A stretch of DNA of 64,000 nt from Promethearchaeota archaeon (GCA_019058445.1 JAHPZA010000006.1:705063-769062); one strand, 5' to 3'. Shown: positions 45,588 through 55,124, counted from the stretch's first letter. Notes: generated from the letters alone by a model not told the origin. Numbers and translations are program-made.

Positions 45588-47159
45588 ATGGTCTTAGAAA
45601 ATGAAATTTTTAAAGATTTTGAAGATATTGTAGGTAAAAATAATATTAACGATGGAAAAGTAATAACTACGGCGTATGCCTATAATTGGTGTATGGAATT
45701 TTTCAATTATATGGAAGATAAGGAACCCAGTCCTTTTTCTTCTATTCCTAAAGCAGTAATTCTTCCTGCTTCTACTGAGGAAGTAGCTGAAATTATAAAA
45801 TTATGTAATAAATATGGGATTAAATTTAAGGCCCAAAGCACAGGATTAGGACCATGGAATCAGCCTTCTACAGACAATTGTATAATTGTGGATCTACGAA
45901 GAATGAATAAACTTGTAAAAATTGATGAAAAAAATTTATATGCCGTTATCGAGCCATACGTAAGTGGAGCACAGCTACAAGTTGAGGCAATGAAGTATGG
46001 GCTTAATTGTCATATGCCCGGAGCTGGTCCTCACGTATCTCCTCTGGCAAGTGCTACATCAATGGCGGGTCCAGGTTTTACCTCTCCTTCTACTGGTCAT
46101 AGCGCAAGAAATGTCCTAGGTGTTGAGTGGGTATTACCTACCGGAGATATTATGAGATTAGGTGCGATTGGTCTTAAAAAAAAACCTGATTGGTATAATG
46201 GTGATGGTCCAGGTCCTAGTTTAAGAGGGATAATGCGGGGTTGGGTTGGAGCAAAATCAGGAATCGGAGTATTTACTAAGGTCGCGGTAAAATTATTTCC
46301 TTATCCTTGCAGTACGGATTTTACTATTACTGGAAAATCTCCCAATTACGGATTTAAAATTCCGAAATATTTAAGACTATATGTTATGGATTGTAAGACC
46401 TACGAATTTTTGGAAGAGGTTATGCTTAAGGTTGATGAGGAAGAAATCTCTTTTATGTGCAGTCATTTATCTGGATCAGGTTTAGCGGCAATATTTTCCA
46501 ATTCATTGCAAGGTTTAATAGGGAAAGCAAAACTCGCTCAGTTGAAAGTTCCGATAGTTATACTAATTACCGCTCGAACAGACCGTGAATTTGATTACAA
46601 GCAAAAAGTTATGGATAATTTGATTCAAGAGTTAAATATTAAAGACATTATCGGTAAATCATATTCTCCTGAACCAGTGTTTTATGCTGAGGCTTTACGT
46701 TCGAATTTAGGGTTACACGGATTTATTACAACCGGAAGTTTTCAATCTTCTAAAGGAGGATCTGATACTGCTGCAGTATGTCTTTTAAGTACAAAAATGA
46801 ACATCCCGTTGAAGATGGAATATATTAAATCGGGGGCAATTGGGAACGATTCAGGAAAAGGTGTTTGGATGACCTCCTATGAATCCGGCCACTACTACCA
46901 TATGGAATCACCGACTATGTTTGATCAAACAGATGACCATAGCGTTAAGGGAATGGCGGAGTACATGGAGGCCAGCAATCAATTAGATTTACTAAAACAT
47001 CTCGGTGCTCCGTTTTTTGTAGAAGGGACCCAGATGCATGAGCTATTTGGGCCACATATGTCTAATTACCATATTTGGCTAAGAAAAATTAAACAGGCAT
47101 TTGATCCCAATAATATAGCAGATAGTGGATTTTATATATCACCACACAGTAAAGAATAG
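45588..47159 (+). CDS. FAD-linked oxidase-like subunit (paralog 1), translationally coupled to the Fe-S subunit
   Basis: The stop and start are adjacent (TAAATG at 45585-45590). Contains PKAVILPASTEEVAEIIKLCNKYGIKFKAQSTGLGP...IIVDLRRMNKLVKIDEKNLYAVIEPYVSGAQL (FAD_binding_4-like) and C-terminal IKQAFDPNNIADSG. Confidence 0.65.
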   Translation: MVLENEIFKDFEDIVGKNNINDGKVITTAYAYNWCMEFFNYMEDKEPSPFSSIPKAVILPASTEEVAEIIKLCNKYGIKFKAQSTGLGPWNQPSTDNCIIVDLRRMNKLVKIDEKNLYAVIEPYVSGAQLQVEAMKYGLNCHMPGAGPHVSPLASATSMAGPGFTSPSTGHSARNVLGVEWVLPTGDIMRLGAIGLKKKPDWYNGDGPGPSLRGIMRGWVGAKSGIGVFTKVAVKLFPYPCSTDFTITGKSPNYGFKIPKYLRLYVMDCKTYEFLEEVMLKVDEEEISFMCSHLSGSGLAAIFSNSLQGLIGKAKLAQLKVPIVILITARTDREFDYKQKVMDNLIQELNIKDIIGKSYSPEPVFYAEALRSNLGLHGFITTGSFQSSKGGSDTAAVCLLSTKMNIPLKMEYIKSGAIGNDSGKGVWMTSYESGHYYHMESPTMFDQTDDHSVKGMAEYMEASNQLDLLKHLGAPFFVEGTQMHELFGPHMSNYHIWLRKIKQAFDPNNIADSGFYISPHSKE

Positions 47160-47325
47160 AGGAATGAAGTTGACTAATAAGTATATATTGTGTACGTATG
47201 CAATAATAAGCTTTTTAACATTTAAGTTATTCCCAGATAAGACTCAGATTTTTAAATTTATAAATTAATACTTATATAATCTCTATAATCAGAATTAAAT
47301 AACTTTAAAATCAAGATGTAAGTCA

Positions 47326-48664
47326 ATGATTGATGAAAAAGAATATCAGAAAATGATTAAGCGGTGTCTGCGCTGCTCGATAAATGAATAGAAATTGATT
47401 CTTTCATTCGGAATGCAAGTGGATACCGCAAGTTCAGATTAAGAGCCAAAAGTACGCGACTGCCTGCCCGGCAATGGATATGTATAATTTCCACCCGTAT
47501 AGTGGTGGGGGTAAAATAATCTTGGCTTTATTACTTGAAATGGGCAGAATCAATCCTTCAGATGAGTTGCGGGATATCGTTTATAAATGTACTGAATGCG
47601 GGGCATGTGCTATTTCCTGTAAATTTTTAAACACTTTAGAACCTTTAGAAATAATTATGAAACTACGGGAGAAATTGGTTGATGCAGGATGTGGTCCAAT
47701 GCCTAAGCAACAAGAATACATTGATTCAGTCAAAAATAAGAATAATCCTTATAATGAACCTCATGAAAAGCGATTAGATTGGTTACCAGAAGGGATTAAA
47801 CTCGATCCAAATGCGAAAGTCTTGTATTATGTTGGCTGTACCTCATCATATAGACGGGAAGAGATGGCAATCGCTTCAGTCCGCATAATGAATGAGGCCC
47901 AAGTTCCCTTTACTATTTTAGGTGATGATGAATTTTGCTGTGGTAGTCCTGTTTTAAGAACAGGTGATACCAAAACATTTCAAGAATTTCTTAATAAAAA
48001 CCTTGATATGATTGAGTCGAAAGGAATTGAAACCGTTGTATTTAGCTGTGCGGGGTGTTATGATACCTTTAAAGTCGATTATCCCCTATATCGAAAATAT
48101 AATTTCCGTGTACTTCATGTCGTTGAGTTTTTTGATGAGCTACTTGAATCTGGACAATTAAAGCTGATAAATGAAGTGCCTTTAACAGTAACATATCACG
48201 ATCCCTGTCATTTAGGGAGAAATGCTGAACCTTATGAAGAATGGGAAGGGGATGTGGTCGATTTAATGCCATTAGTTTCTATAAATATGCCGCCAAAACC
48301 CAAAAAAACAGGTGCTAAGGGTATCTATGACGCTCCAAGAGAGATTCTAAAAAAGATTCCGGGACTAAAACTTATTGAAATGGAACGAATAAGAGAATAT
48401 TCTTACTGTTGTGGTGCTGGAGCAGGGGTAAAATCAGCATTTCCCGAATTTGCACTCAATACAGCTAAAACTAGAGTACAAGAAGCAGAAGATACTGGAG
48501 CTAAGATATTGACATCAGCATGTCCATTTTGTTCTACAAATCTTCAAGACGCAATAAAAGATAGAGGCTCTAAGTTAAAATTCTATGATATAAATGAGCT
48601 ATTATTAATGGCTTTAGGTTTAGAAACGAAAAGCTTAAAAAAAAAAATGGCGGAGGTTGCCTAA
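47326..48664 (+). CDS. HdrD/GlcF-like (Fe-S)-binding subunit, paralog 2, split by a 31-nt insert; proposed exons 47326..47382 and 47414..48664
   Basis: Exon 1 encodes MIDEKEYQKMIKRCLRCSI. Exon 2 encodes CKWIPQVQIKSQKYATACPAMDMYNFHP... Joined, they give 435 aa, colinear with and equal in length to paralog 1. Without excision the frame hits TAG at 47389-47391, and the ORF track only reports 47474..48664. Confidence 0.7.
47383..47413 (+). other. Putative bulge-helix-bulge (hBHBh') intron, 31 nt, within a protein-coding gene
   Basis: - Helix h: U47374-G-C47376 pairs with G47415-C-A47417.
- Helix H: U47377-C-G-A47380 pairs with U47408-C-G-G47411 (4 bp, one G.U).
- The 3-nt bulges are 47381-47383 (UAA) and 47412-47414 (AAU).
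- Helix h': 47384-47388 pairs with 47403-47407, then 47390-47393 pairs with 47399-47402.
- The loop is AUUGA.
- Cleavage after bulge nt 2 gives the junction 47382^47414. Confidence 0.65.
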
Positions 48665-50233
48665 ATGACATTAGATAAAGAGATTTTAACCGAGTTCGTT
48701 GAAATAGTTGGAAAAGAAAATATTGACGATGGAGAAGTTATGACAAATGCTTATGCTTATAATTGGTGCATGGATTTATTCAATCACATGGAAAGTAAAC
48801 CCGCAATCCCTTTTTCACCTATTCCTAAAGCGGTTGTTTTACCTTCTTCTACAGAGGAGGTAGCACAAATTGTTAAAATATGCAATAAATATGGCATTAA
48901 ATTCAAAGCACAATCAACTGGTCTCGGACCATGGAATCAACCTTCTACAGAGAATTCGATCATTATTGATTTGCGAAGGATGAATAAAATTGTAAAAATC
49001 GATGAGAAAAATCTGTATGCCGTCGTGGAACCATATGTAAGTGGGGCGCAACTTCAAGCAGAAATTATGAAATATGGTCTTAATTGCCATATGCCAGGTG
49101 CGGGACCTCAAGTTTCCCCTTTAGCGAGTGCAACTAGCATGAATGGTCCTGGATTTACCTCTCCTTCTACAGGGCATAGCGCTCGTAATGTATTAGGGGT
49201 TGAATGGGTCTTGCCTGATGGAGAAATCATGAGGTTAGGTTCACGTGGGCTTAAAAATAACCGTAATTGGTATAATGGTGATGGCCCGGGACCTAGTCTT
49301 AGAGGTATAATGAGAGGATGGGCTGGAGCAAAATCGGGCATCGGTGTTTTCACTAGAGTTGCAGTTAAACTATTTCCATATCCTTGTAGCACTAAATTTA
49401 AGTTAAAAGGGTGTTCTCCAAATTATGATTTTGATATTCCTGATTTTATGAGAGTATATGTGATAGACTGCGGGACATTTAAGTATTGTGAAAAAGCAAT
49501 GTTGCGGGTAGAAGAAGAGGAAATTTCATTTATGTGCAGTCATTTATCTGGATTTGCCGTAATGGCAATCTTTGCAACCAGTATTGAGGATTTAATGGAT
49601 AAAATGGCTATAGGGAGTATGAAAGTTCCCTTAGTCGTTATAATAGCTGCTCGAACAACTAGGGAATTTGAATACAAACAAAAAGTTATGAGTATGATTT
49701 TAGATGAGATGCAATTAACTAACATTATTGGAAGCCTATACACACCTAATCCAATTTTTTACGCAGAAGCACTAAGATCAAACTTAGGTCTTCACGGCTT
49801 CATTGCTACCGGAGGATTTCAAAGCACTAAAGGTGTTTGTGATACTGCTGCAATATGCCTCCGAAGTGAACAAAAGAATATTCCATTGAAAAAGAAATAT
49901 ATCAAAACAGGTGCGATCGCAAACGACTTCGGTGAGGGCCATTGGATGACATCTTATGAATCAGGACATTACTTTCACGTGGAGGCTCCCACGATGTTCG
50001 ACCAAACGGAGCAAAGTAGTGTGGAAGGCATGGCGGACTATATGGAAGCCAGCAATCAGATGGATTTGCTTAAGCATCTTGGAGCACCGTTTTTCGTGGA
50101 AGGTGATAAGATGCATGAAACTTTTGGCCCTCATATGATGAATTACCATAAATGGTTGAGAAAAATTAAACAAGCGTTCGATCCTAATGATATAGCAGAT
50201 TCAGGGTTTTATATCTCAAGAAAAGAAAAATAA
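48665..50233 (+). CDS. FAD-linked oxidase-like subunit (paralog 2), translationally coupled to Fe-S paralog 2
   Basis: TAAATG junction at 48662-48667. It is colinear with 45588..47159 along the full length (522 vs 523 aa), with most residues identical by eye. Confidence 0.65.
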   Translation: MTLDKEILTEFVEIVGKENIDDGEVMTNAYAYNWCMDLFNHMESKPAIPFSPIPKAVVLPSSTEEVAQIVKICNKYGIKFKAQSTGLGPWNQPSTENSIIIDLRRMNKIVKIDEKNLYAVVEPYVSGAQLQAEIMKYGLNCHMPGAGPQVSPLASATSMNGPGFTSPSTGHSARNVLGVEWVLPDGEIMRLGSRGLKNNRNWYNGDGPGPSLRGIMRGWAGAKSGIGVFTRVAVKLFPYPCSTKFKLKGCSPNYDFDIPDFMRVYVIDCGTFKYCEKAMLRVEEEEISFMCSHLSGFAVMAIFATSIEDLMDKMAIGSMKVPLVVIIAARTTREFEYKQKVMSMILDEMQLTNIIGSLYTPNPIFYAEALRSNLGLHGFIATGGFQSTKGVCDTAAICLRSEQKNIPLKKKYIKTGAIANDFGEGHWMTSYESGHYFHVEAPTMFDQTEQSSVEGMADYMEASNQMDLLKHLGAPFFVEGDKMHETFGPHMMNYHKWLRKIKQAFDPNDIADSGFYISRKEK

Positions 50234-50364
50234 ATTTCTTCTTAAGCTCATTAATCAATCCGATAAAAGAATCCTTATATATTTACTATTTAATTTCCGA
50301 ACTAAATAAAGACAAACTAAAAAAGAAAAAAGAGATTTTTAAAGATTATTTTTTTCCGAACAGA

Positions 50365-50913
50365 TTATGATCGATATATCTGGATGTACAACATATTCGA
50401 GTTTACGGAATTAAATGATTCATCTCCTATTCTAGCAACTGTAATCTCATGGGATCCCTCAGACATTGTAGTATTTGAAAACTGCATTGATAAAGAAGAT
50501 TCATAGAAATGCGATGGATCGACATCTCCAAGTGAAAAACTCGCAAATACATTTGGAACTCTTTTTCCATCTATTATAAAAACAACGGTTACAAATGAAA
50601 CCCCAAAAATTTCTCCAACACCAGTATAAAGAAAATAAACTGCTTCGCCTAAAAATATATTAAATGTAATATTTAACTCATTTATTGGCAAATATTGATT
50701 TATTGGATTACAATAAACAGCGCTACATCTTTTAGAATCTATTCTTATTATTGTCCCATCAGCTCCATCACTTCCATCATCTCCATCATCCCCATCATCT
50801 CCTTTCACAGCCCCAGATTGTACCTGCATAAGTGAATATGTTCCAAATCCTAACCCAGACGCCCCAATAATAATTGCTAAGAAGCTTAAAACCTTTAAAC
50901 TATTTTCACCCAT
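50365..50913 (-). CDS. Membrane-anchored surface protein: shared N-terminal anchor, short collagen-like GXY acidic stalk, unique ~125-aa C-terminal domain
   Basis: MGENSLKVLSFLAIIIGASGLGFGTYSLMQVQSGAVKGDDGDDGDDGSDGADG, then a beta-rich domain with no motif I recognise. Confidence 0.5.
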   Translation of the reverse strand: MGENSLKVLSFLAIIIGASGLGFGTYSLMQVQSGAVKGDDGDDGDDGSDGADGTIIRIDSKRCSAVYCNPINQYLPINELNITFNIFLGEAVYFLYTGVGEIFGVSFVTVVFIIDGKRVPNVFASFSLGDVDPSHFYESSLSMQFSNTTMSEGSHEITVARIGDESFNSVNSNMLYIQIYRS

Positions 50914-51062
50914 TTTATCATCAACTTTTTTTAAAAATTTAGATTGAATCTCGTAATTATTCTTTGGATATTATTTCATTTAAATTTTACAAATAAGTAA
51001 GACTTACACTTTTGCAGGATTTATTAGGTAGTGGCTCTAACTAGTATAAAAAATATAAATAG
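50765..51062. repeat. Copy A of a ~300-bp duplicated module (5' coding end plus upstream region of the surface-protein genes)
   Basis: Near-identical to 52510..52808 by eye, e.g. ccatcacttccatcatctccatcatcccc...cattttatcatcaactttttttaaaaatttagatt...ggtagtggct...agtataaaaaat. Confidence 0.8.
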
Positions 51063-51100
51063 TTGCAGGGAAAGGAATAATTATTAAGATTATAATAGTA

Positions 51101-51172
51101 GACTTTAGACAAATATTTGACCCGAATGCCATAGCCGATTCGGGATTTTATATTTCACCTAAAAATGAATAA
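51101..51172 (+). pseudogene. Orphan 3'-terminal fragment of a FAD-linked oxidase gene (third, degraded copy)
   Basis: Translates to DFRQIFDPNAIADSGFYISPKNE*. Compare the ends of the two intact paralogs, KQAFDPNNIADSGFYISPHSKE* and KQAFDPNDIADSGFYISRKEK*. Confidence 0.7.
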
Positions 51173-51425
51173 AAAATTCAAATTATTGAATTTTGAGAAA
51201 TTAAAATATTATTTAAAATCACAAAAAAAATGTTATTTTTAGGGTATTGCTAGTAGTTTTTCATTCAAATATGTTTTTATTTTATAAGTAAATTACTATT
51301 GAACTAAGATTATTATTGATTCCAGCATTTAAATATTCATAATCCCATTCAAATAAAACCATTTATTCGCTTAGCATTTATGTCTTCAAGAAATAAAGAA
51401 AAAAGAAAAATTTGAATTTAGTATA

Positions 51426-52658
51426 TTAATTGAAATTATTTCCGCTTATCGAAGTATATGTACCTTTGTTTAGAATAGGAATATCATTGTCATAAGTGGT
51501 ATTTCCAACAAGAGTATTATCATCACAAGTGTAATCAGAGATAAAAAAACCGTAACCATCACCACTTCCGGTATTTCTACAGCAGAAGCATCCATTACCC
51601 GATATTGTATTATAATCACAATTTGAGTCTAGACCTATTCCAGTTATATTGAAGGAGGCGAAATCATTAATATCTGTAATGGTATTTCCCGAAACTACAC
51701 AATAACTACTTGTTAACAGATAAACTCCCCCATAATCTGCATTTGAGACTTGATTCCCTGAAATAGTATTTTGATCTCCGTTGATATATATTCCGGCGCC
51801 AGTATTTATAGTATTCAAAATATTATTACCTATAGTATTATCATCTCCTTGTACATGAATTCCTGTTTGGCAATTGCTAATTATATTATTGGAAATAGTA
51901 TTCCAAGATTCATGACAAGAGATCGCGAAATCGGGACCATAATCCACGATATTTCCGCAAATTTCATTATAAGTCCCCCACACTTCAATTCCAACATAAT
52001 TACAATCATATAGAGTATTACCATTAATATGAGCTTTAATATTACCACTCAACTGGGAAATGCCTCTATAAACACCGCTGATATAACAGTCTCTTATCCA
52101 AACGTTATTTGAATTGATAGAAATACCAATACCATTTAAAGTATCTCCAATAATTTCTACATTCTCAATATATATGGGATTATCACTCGATTCATCTATG
52201 TAGATAATTTTTGTTAATATTGAAAAAAGATCTAGAGCATCAATTTTTAAGTTTTGAATAGTGCAAGATTCCGCATCCGTGATTTCAAAAGCTGTACGAT
52301 CAAAACCACAATCTATAATGGTACTTGCTCCTTGACCTTGGATTATATAGCTCCCACCTCCATTTATATTAATTTTATTGCTTAAAGTAATATTATCTAT
52401 AATTGTGATAATTCCTGATTCCATACCAATATCATTTAACGCATTAATAATCTCTAATTCCGAAGAACAAAGATATTTTGAAAAATTAACATATCTATAA
52501 GTCGTTATACCATCACTTCCATCATCTCCATCATCCCCCTCATCTCCTTTCACAGCCCCAGATTGTACCTGCATAAGTGAATATGTACCAAATCCTAATC
52601 CAGACGCCCCAATAATAATTGCTAAGAAGCTTAAAACCTTTAAACTATTTTCACCCAT
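51426..52658 (-). CDS. Membrane-anchored surface protein with a right-handed parallel beta-helix (PbH1/NosD-like) ectodomain
   Basis: It has the same N-terminal 48 aa as 50365..50913, followed by GDEGDDGDDGSDG. Repeated ~22-aa units follow (ISGN/IGNN/ICGN...: NTISGNQV, CVVSGNTI, NTIGNNIL, NTISNNII, NEICGNIV), typical of beta-helix repeats. Confidence 0.65.
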   Translation of the reverse strand: MGENSLKVLSFLAIIIGASGLGFGTYSLMQVQSGAVKGDEGDDGDDGSDGITTYRYVNFSKYLCSSELEIINALNDIGMESGIITIIDNITLSNKININGGGSYIIQGQGASTIIDCGFDRTAFEITDAESCTIQNLKIDALDLFSILTKIIYIDESSDNPIYIENVEIIGDTLNGIGISINSNNVWIRDCYISGVYRGISQLSGNIKAHINGNTLYDCNYVGIEVWGTYNEICGNIVDYGPDFAISCHESWNTISNNIISNCQTGIHVQGDDNTIGNNILNTINTGAGIYINGDQNTISGNQVSNADYGGVYLLTSSYCVVSGNTITDINDFASFNITGIGLDSNCDYNTISGNGCFCCRNTGSGDGYGFFISDYTCDDNTLVGNTTYDNDIPILNKGTYTSISGNNFN

Positions 52659-52808
52659 TTTATCATCAACTTTTTTTAAAAATTTAGATTAAATATCGTA
52701 ATTATTCTTTGGATCTTATCTCATTTAAATTTTACAAATAAGTAAGTTACACATTTTTGTAAGATTTATAAGGTAGTGGCTATAAATAGTATAAAAAATG
52801 TAAATATT
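52510..52808. repeat. Copy B of the ~300-bp duplicated module
   Basis: See copy A. Confidence 0.8.
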
Positions 52809-52875
52809 AGTTATATCAAGTAATTATTAAATCAACTCCCAAATAAAAAATTTTTGAAAGTATTTAGAAATTATC

Positions 52876-53232
52876 TCATTCCTTAACCTTTAGCTTAATC
52901 CAATCTTCCGTTCCAATTTCTTTTCGCTTTAAAAGTTCATTTTGTCTGGAAGCTACTGATTTCATTGCTTCTTCCTGGCTTAAAGACGGATCATAAAAAC
53001 TTTTAAATAAATCACAGGGCAATTCATTACATAATCCACAATGTTCTAAGTTCTTACTATTAACACAACAATCGAACAAGGGACATATATTAACACTCAT
53101 CTTTTCTGTCCAAAATGGTTTCCCAAGAACATTTCCACAGCCAAGGCAATTATTTCCAATATATTCGCAAGCTCCACAATAAAGACCACAAGGAGGAGCT
53201 AAATTTTTATCACTCATGATTTTTTGCAACAC
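52876..53232 (-). CDS. DUF3795-like Cys-rich protein
   Basis: PPCGLYCGACEYIGNNCLGCG...CPLFDCC...HCGLCNELPCDLF matches the DUF3795 Cys pattern. Confidence 0.6.
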   Translation of the reverse strand: MLQKIMSDKNLAPPCGLYCGACEYIGNNCLGCGNVLGKPFWTEKMSVNICPLFDCCVNSKNLEHCGLCNELPCDLFKSFYDPSLSQEEAMKSVASRQNELLKRKEIGTEDWIKLKVKE

Positions 53233-53358
53233 CTTTTTTAGATTATTTTGAAATAAAAATTCATAAAAATAATAAATACTTCAATACTCTGGTAATTTAT
53301 CATTATTATTAAAAATCTTAAAATTATAATTCAAAATTAACCTCTCTAACTAGAGTGT

Positions 53359-53772
53359 ATGTTCGAAACAAAATTAGAAAAGGAAAGGATTAGAGGCTTT
53401 GCGGGATTAATTGCAAGCGGACTCCTTCCTTTAAATGAAAAAAAGAAGTTTAAGGAACAATTTGCCAATACTGATCTTAAAATCCTCCTAAATGCTGTAA
53501 ATGTGAATTTTGCCGCGCTCATTATTATAAAAAATGGAGTTTTAAGTATCGAAAGTATTCCAAACAAGCCAAAAGAGAATTTAAAAAAGAAAAAATTGGG
53601 GTGGGACGCACTATTGGCAATGGATTCTCAAACCTATTTAGCTTTAGCAATGAATAGATTGCCGATGTCTAAGTTGGGTTTAAAAGTTTTAACAGGAAAA
53701 GTAAAAGTAAGAGGCCTTAGAAAATTGCTTGTTTTAAAAAAGATGCTACTTTTATTGAGTGAAAGTGAATAA
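53359..53772 (+). CDS. SCP2 sterol-carrier-like domain protein
   Basis: The C-terminal half, LAMDSQTYLALAMNRLPMSKLGLKVLTGKVKVRGLRKLLVLKKML, resembles the SCP2 end (...G-K-h-K-h-x-G-x-x-x-x-h-x-K-h). The overlapping minus-strand ORF 53346..53567 is judged spurious. Confidence 0.4.
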   Translation: MFETKLEKERIRGFAGLIASGLLPLNEKKKFKEQFANTDLKILLNAVNVNFAALIIIKNGVLSIESIPNKPKENLKKKKLGWDALLAMDSQTYLALAMNRLPMSKLGLKVLTGKVKVRGLRKLLVLKKMLLLLSESE

Positions 53773-53835
53773 CTAGTATTATTAAAAAAATGTGAAAGAA
53801 TTTCTTCCTAATTAAAATTATAAAAATATTAAGAA

Positions 53836-54990
53836 TTATGATGTGGGAGTATCTTTCTTTATTAATCTCATCCCAAATAAAAATCGAAGTACGTTTATTT
53901 TTCTAATAATTAATATTAATCCCATAATTATCACGAATGATACCGAACAAATGATTAAGTATTTTACTGTTGTAGTGAGATCTAAACCGAGCACATAGAA
54001 ATCTACGACTATTATTACAGATTGGTGGAGAATATAAAATGGCAGGACTATATCATTTAAGAATTTTAATGATTTATGATTGAAATTTAAGAACTTTCGT
54101 CCTAAATATATGACAGTTATCACCCAACTCCATCCACATGTATTACGAAGTAATCCTGTTAGTGGTTCTAAAGAATAGACTCCTGTCCAATCTCCGATGC
54201 CAAGAATTATTAATAAAACTATTGCTATAATTGACGAGGGGATTCCATGCCTTTCTATTGCTTCTCTAAATTCATCATTAGATACAAGCAGAAAACCATA
54301 TAAAAAAATAACAATGTATGTAAAAATTTGGTATCCCCCTTGAGGAGGTAGACCTAAAGGTGTAGTAACTTCCTCTACGATAAATATAGGTATTACTAGC
54401 AAATATAAAGCACCTGGCTTCTTCAAAAAAGCCCCCCATTTTGCTAGTTTCTCTGAATTCTCTTCTTTTCTGAGATATTGAAATAGTTTTAGCAAAATTA
54501 ACGAGTAAACAAACAGAAAAAACAAATACCACATATGCCCCCCAAAGAGATTAAAGTTTCCAGTTTCTGGATTGGATGGACCCATATATACTCCATTGAA
54601 ATAATGGTATAAATAAAACTCAATAAAGGAACCTTGAAAATCACCATGGGTTACACGGGCAATGTAGACTTGTAGCGCTGCGTGTGTAAACATACCAACG
54701 ATTAAAGGAATCATAAGGCGTTTAAATCTCTCCTTAACATATTCATTTCCCTTTCTAACGCCCAAAGCATAAAAAGTTCCCATTCCAGCAATGATAAAAA
54801 AGAGGGGTATAACCCAGAAATCTATATAATAGATAAGTAAACTCAACCCTAAGTCCTTTTCCTCATTCTTGATCTCCCAATCCCCATAGTTGAAAGCTCT
54901 AGCACTATGAAAGAAAAATATAAGGATGGTTGCCATAATTCTTAGCCAATCAAGTTCATAGCTTCTTTCTTTTTTAATGGAATTTTCCAT
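53836..54990 (-). CDS. Acyltransferase-3 family membrane protein
   Basis: N-terminal YELDWLRIMATILIFFFHSARAF (the D-x-h-R...H motif) and ~10 TM helices. Confidence 0.6.
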   Translation of the reverse strand: MENSIKKERSYELDWLRIMATILIFFFHSARAFNYGDWEIKNEEKDLGLSLLIYYIDFWVIPLFFIIAGMGTFYALGVRKGNEYVKERFKRLMIPLIVGMFTHAALQVYIARVTHGDFQGSFIEFYLYHYFNGVYMGPSNPETGNFNLFGGHMWYLFFLFVYSLILLKLFQYLRKEENSEKLAKWGAFLKKPGALYLLVIPIFIVEEVTTPLGLPPQGGYQIFTYIVIFLYGFLLVSNDEFREAIERHGIPSSIIAIVLLIILGIGDWTGVYSLEPLTGLLRNTCGWSWVITVIYLGRKFLNFNHKSLKFLNDIVLPFYILHQSVIIVVDFYVLGLDLTTTVKYLIICSVSFVIIMGLILIIRKINVLRFLFGMRLIKKDTPTS

Positions 54991-55124
54991 TCAAAACACG
55001 TTAATTGAAATTTAAAATTATGGATACCTTTGATTCATATCTATTTAAAATAGATCTTTATAATCTAAATAAAACAAAGTCTATCAAATAGAAATTAAAA
55101 AAAAGTTAATATTTGAGGGTTAGA

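Noticed and set aside
47383-47413. Alternative explanations for the 31-nt insert: gene-60-style translational bypass, a +/-1 frameshift site, or a miniature palindromic element insertion (simple pseudogene)
   Set aside because: - Bypass needs matching take-off and landing codons. Here ATA before the insert compares with GAA/AAT at its end, which do not match.
- A frameshift cannot skip the in-frame TAG and 31 nt.
- A dead insertion remains possible. It would not explain why the flanking exon bases form the h and H helices with 3-nt bulges placed exactly at the frame-restoring junction.
- The pseudogene option is retained as the null hypothesis in the finding.
53346-53567. Minus-strand 73-aa ORF overlapping the SCP2-like gene
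   Set aside because: It is fully overlapped by a longer plus-strand ORF with a recognisable domain-like C-terminus, and its own translation has no features.
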